A stretch of DNA of 44,390 nt from assembly GCA_051008535.1 (NCBI GenBank), contig JBPCXM010000619.1, positions 1 through 44,390 of the forward strand, given 5' to 3'. This DNA is from Pseudomonadales bacterium (GTDB lineage: Bacteria; Pseudomonadota; Gammaproteobacteria; Pseudomonadales; JAUIET01). Under the pieces are notes generated by a model. That model was not told the origin of the DNA and ran no database searches. It saw nothing but the letters and a program-made list of their open reading frames with translations. The translations under genes and the position numbers were made by a program. The stretch's first letter is position 1; each line of letters starts with the position of its first letter. Below are positions 43,761-44,390 of this stretch, piece after piece.

Positions 43761-44390
43761 TTAGGCTTTTCCAGCAACAACGCCCTCCGCATGCAGTGTC
43801 TGGATTGTACGTTCATCGTAACCAAGTTCACGTAAAATGTTGTTGGTATGCTCTCCTCGCGGCACCGCGTCGTGCTTGATATCCCCCGCCGTTCTGCTGA
43901 AACGTGGCGCTGGCGCGGGTTGGTAAATTCCATCGTGTTCCAGGTACGTTGAGCGGCTGGCGTTGTGTGAGTGATCTTTTACTTCCGCCATAGACAATAC
44001 GGGTGCATAGCAAACATCACTGCCCGCCATTAAATCATCCCATTCTTCACGTGTTTTTTTCTTGAATATAGCAGCAAGCTGTTCCTTCATTTGCGGCCAG
44101 TTTTCCACATCAAACTGATTGCTAAAAGGCTCGGCCTCAGCGCCCAGTTTTTCCAATAGCGCTGCGTAGAATTGCGGTTCGATGGAGCCAAGGGAAATAT
44201 ACTTATTATCGCTAGTCTCGTATACCTCGTAGAAATGCGAACCCGAGTCGAGCATATTCTCCCCACGTTTATCCGACCAGAAGCCCGCTTGGGACGCCGC
44301 GTACATACTCGTCATCAAGGTTGACGCACCGTCAACCATGGCAGCATCAACCACCTGGCCCTTTCCGGAAGTGCGCGCCTCGAGCAGCGC
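43761..44390 (-). CDS. CaiB/BaiF CoA-transferase III, alpha-methylacyl-CoA racemase-like; N-terminus runs off the window end
   Basis: Frame is open to the window end (ALLEARTSGKGQVVDAAMVDG); N.LDSG.HFY..YET.D.KY.S.G.IEPQFY; QPAPAPRFSRT. Confidence 0.88.
   Translation of the reverse strand, partial: ALLEARTSGKGQVVDAAMVDGASTLMTSMYAASQAGFWSDKRGENMLDSGSHFYEVYETSDNKYISLGSIEPQFYAALLEKLGAEAEPFSNQFDVENWPQMKEQLAAIFKKKTREEWDDLMAGSDVCYAPVLSMAEVKDHSHNASRSTYLEHDGIYQPAPAPRFSRTAGDIKHDAVPRGEHTNNILRELGYDERTIQTLHAEGVVAGKA

Noticed and set aside
1-44390. CRISPR arrays, rRNA/tRNA genes, anti-phage defence or toxin-antitoxin loci
   Set aside because: No regularly spaced repeats, structural RNA signatures or recognisable defence-domain motifs were seen on reading.

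Overview
A gene-dense window, probably from a marine heterotrophic gammaproteobacterium (Cellvibrionales/Halieaceae-like gene content; this is an inference). From left to right it holds: (1) a six-gene minus-strand operon, DUF3604 - extended SDR - homologue of plant cyclopropylsterol isomerase CPI1 - MaoC - CMD - second DUF3604, the last truncated by the window edge and absent from the ORF track; (2) YbjQ-YbjQ-M48, a TonB-dependent receptor, DUF885 plus a phosphotransferase, AraC/DM13 and ArsR/DUF899; (3) an SDR, a hypothetical protein, a ~1310-aa DUF1080/beta-propeller/HEAT/cytochrome c lipoprotein, ThuA, a DauA-like oxidoreductase and a GNAT; (4) a mosaic segment (~24.8-33.5 kb) with a TPR protein, a divergent AhcY paralogue, a frameshifted tyrosine-recombinase relic, and a LysR-msrB-cytochrome P460 x2-msrA-AhpD stress cluster; (5) a cyanophycin cluster, iadA-cphB-[MITE]-cphA-(CphA-like protein lacking the ATP-grasp domain)-GDPD; (6) DUF1214, a KshA/Neverland-type Rieske oxygenase and a truncated AMACR/CoA-transferase. 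I saw no rRNA, tRNA or CRISPR array. The best novelty candidates are the bacterial CPI1 operon, the tandem P460 pair inside an msr cluster, the ATP-grasp-less CphA partner and the active-site-altered AhcY. All family calls come from motifs recognised by eye and from recalled reference sequences; no database searches were run.
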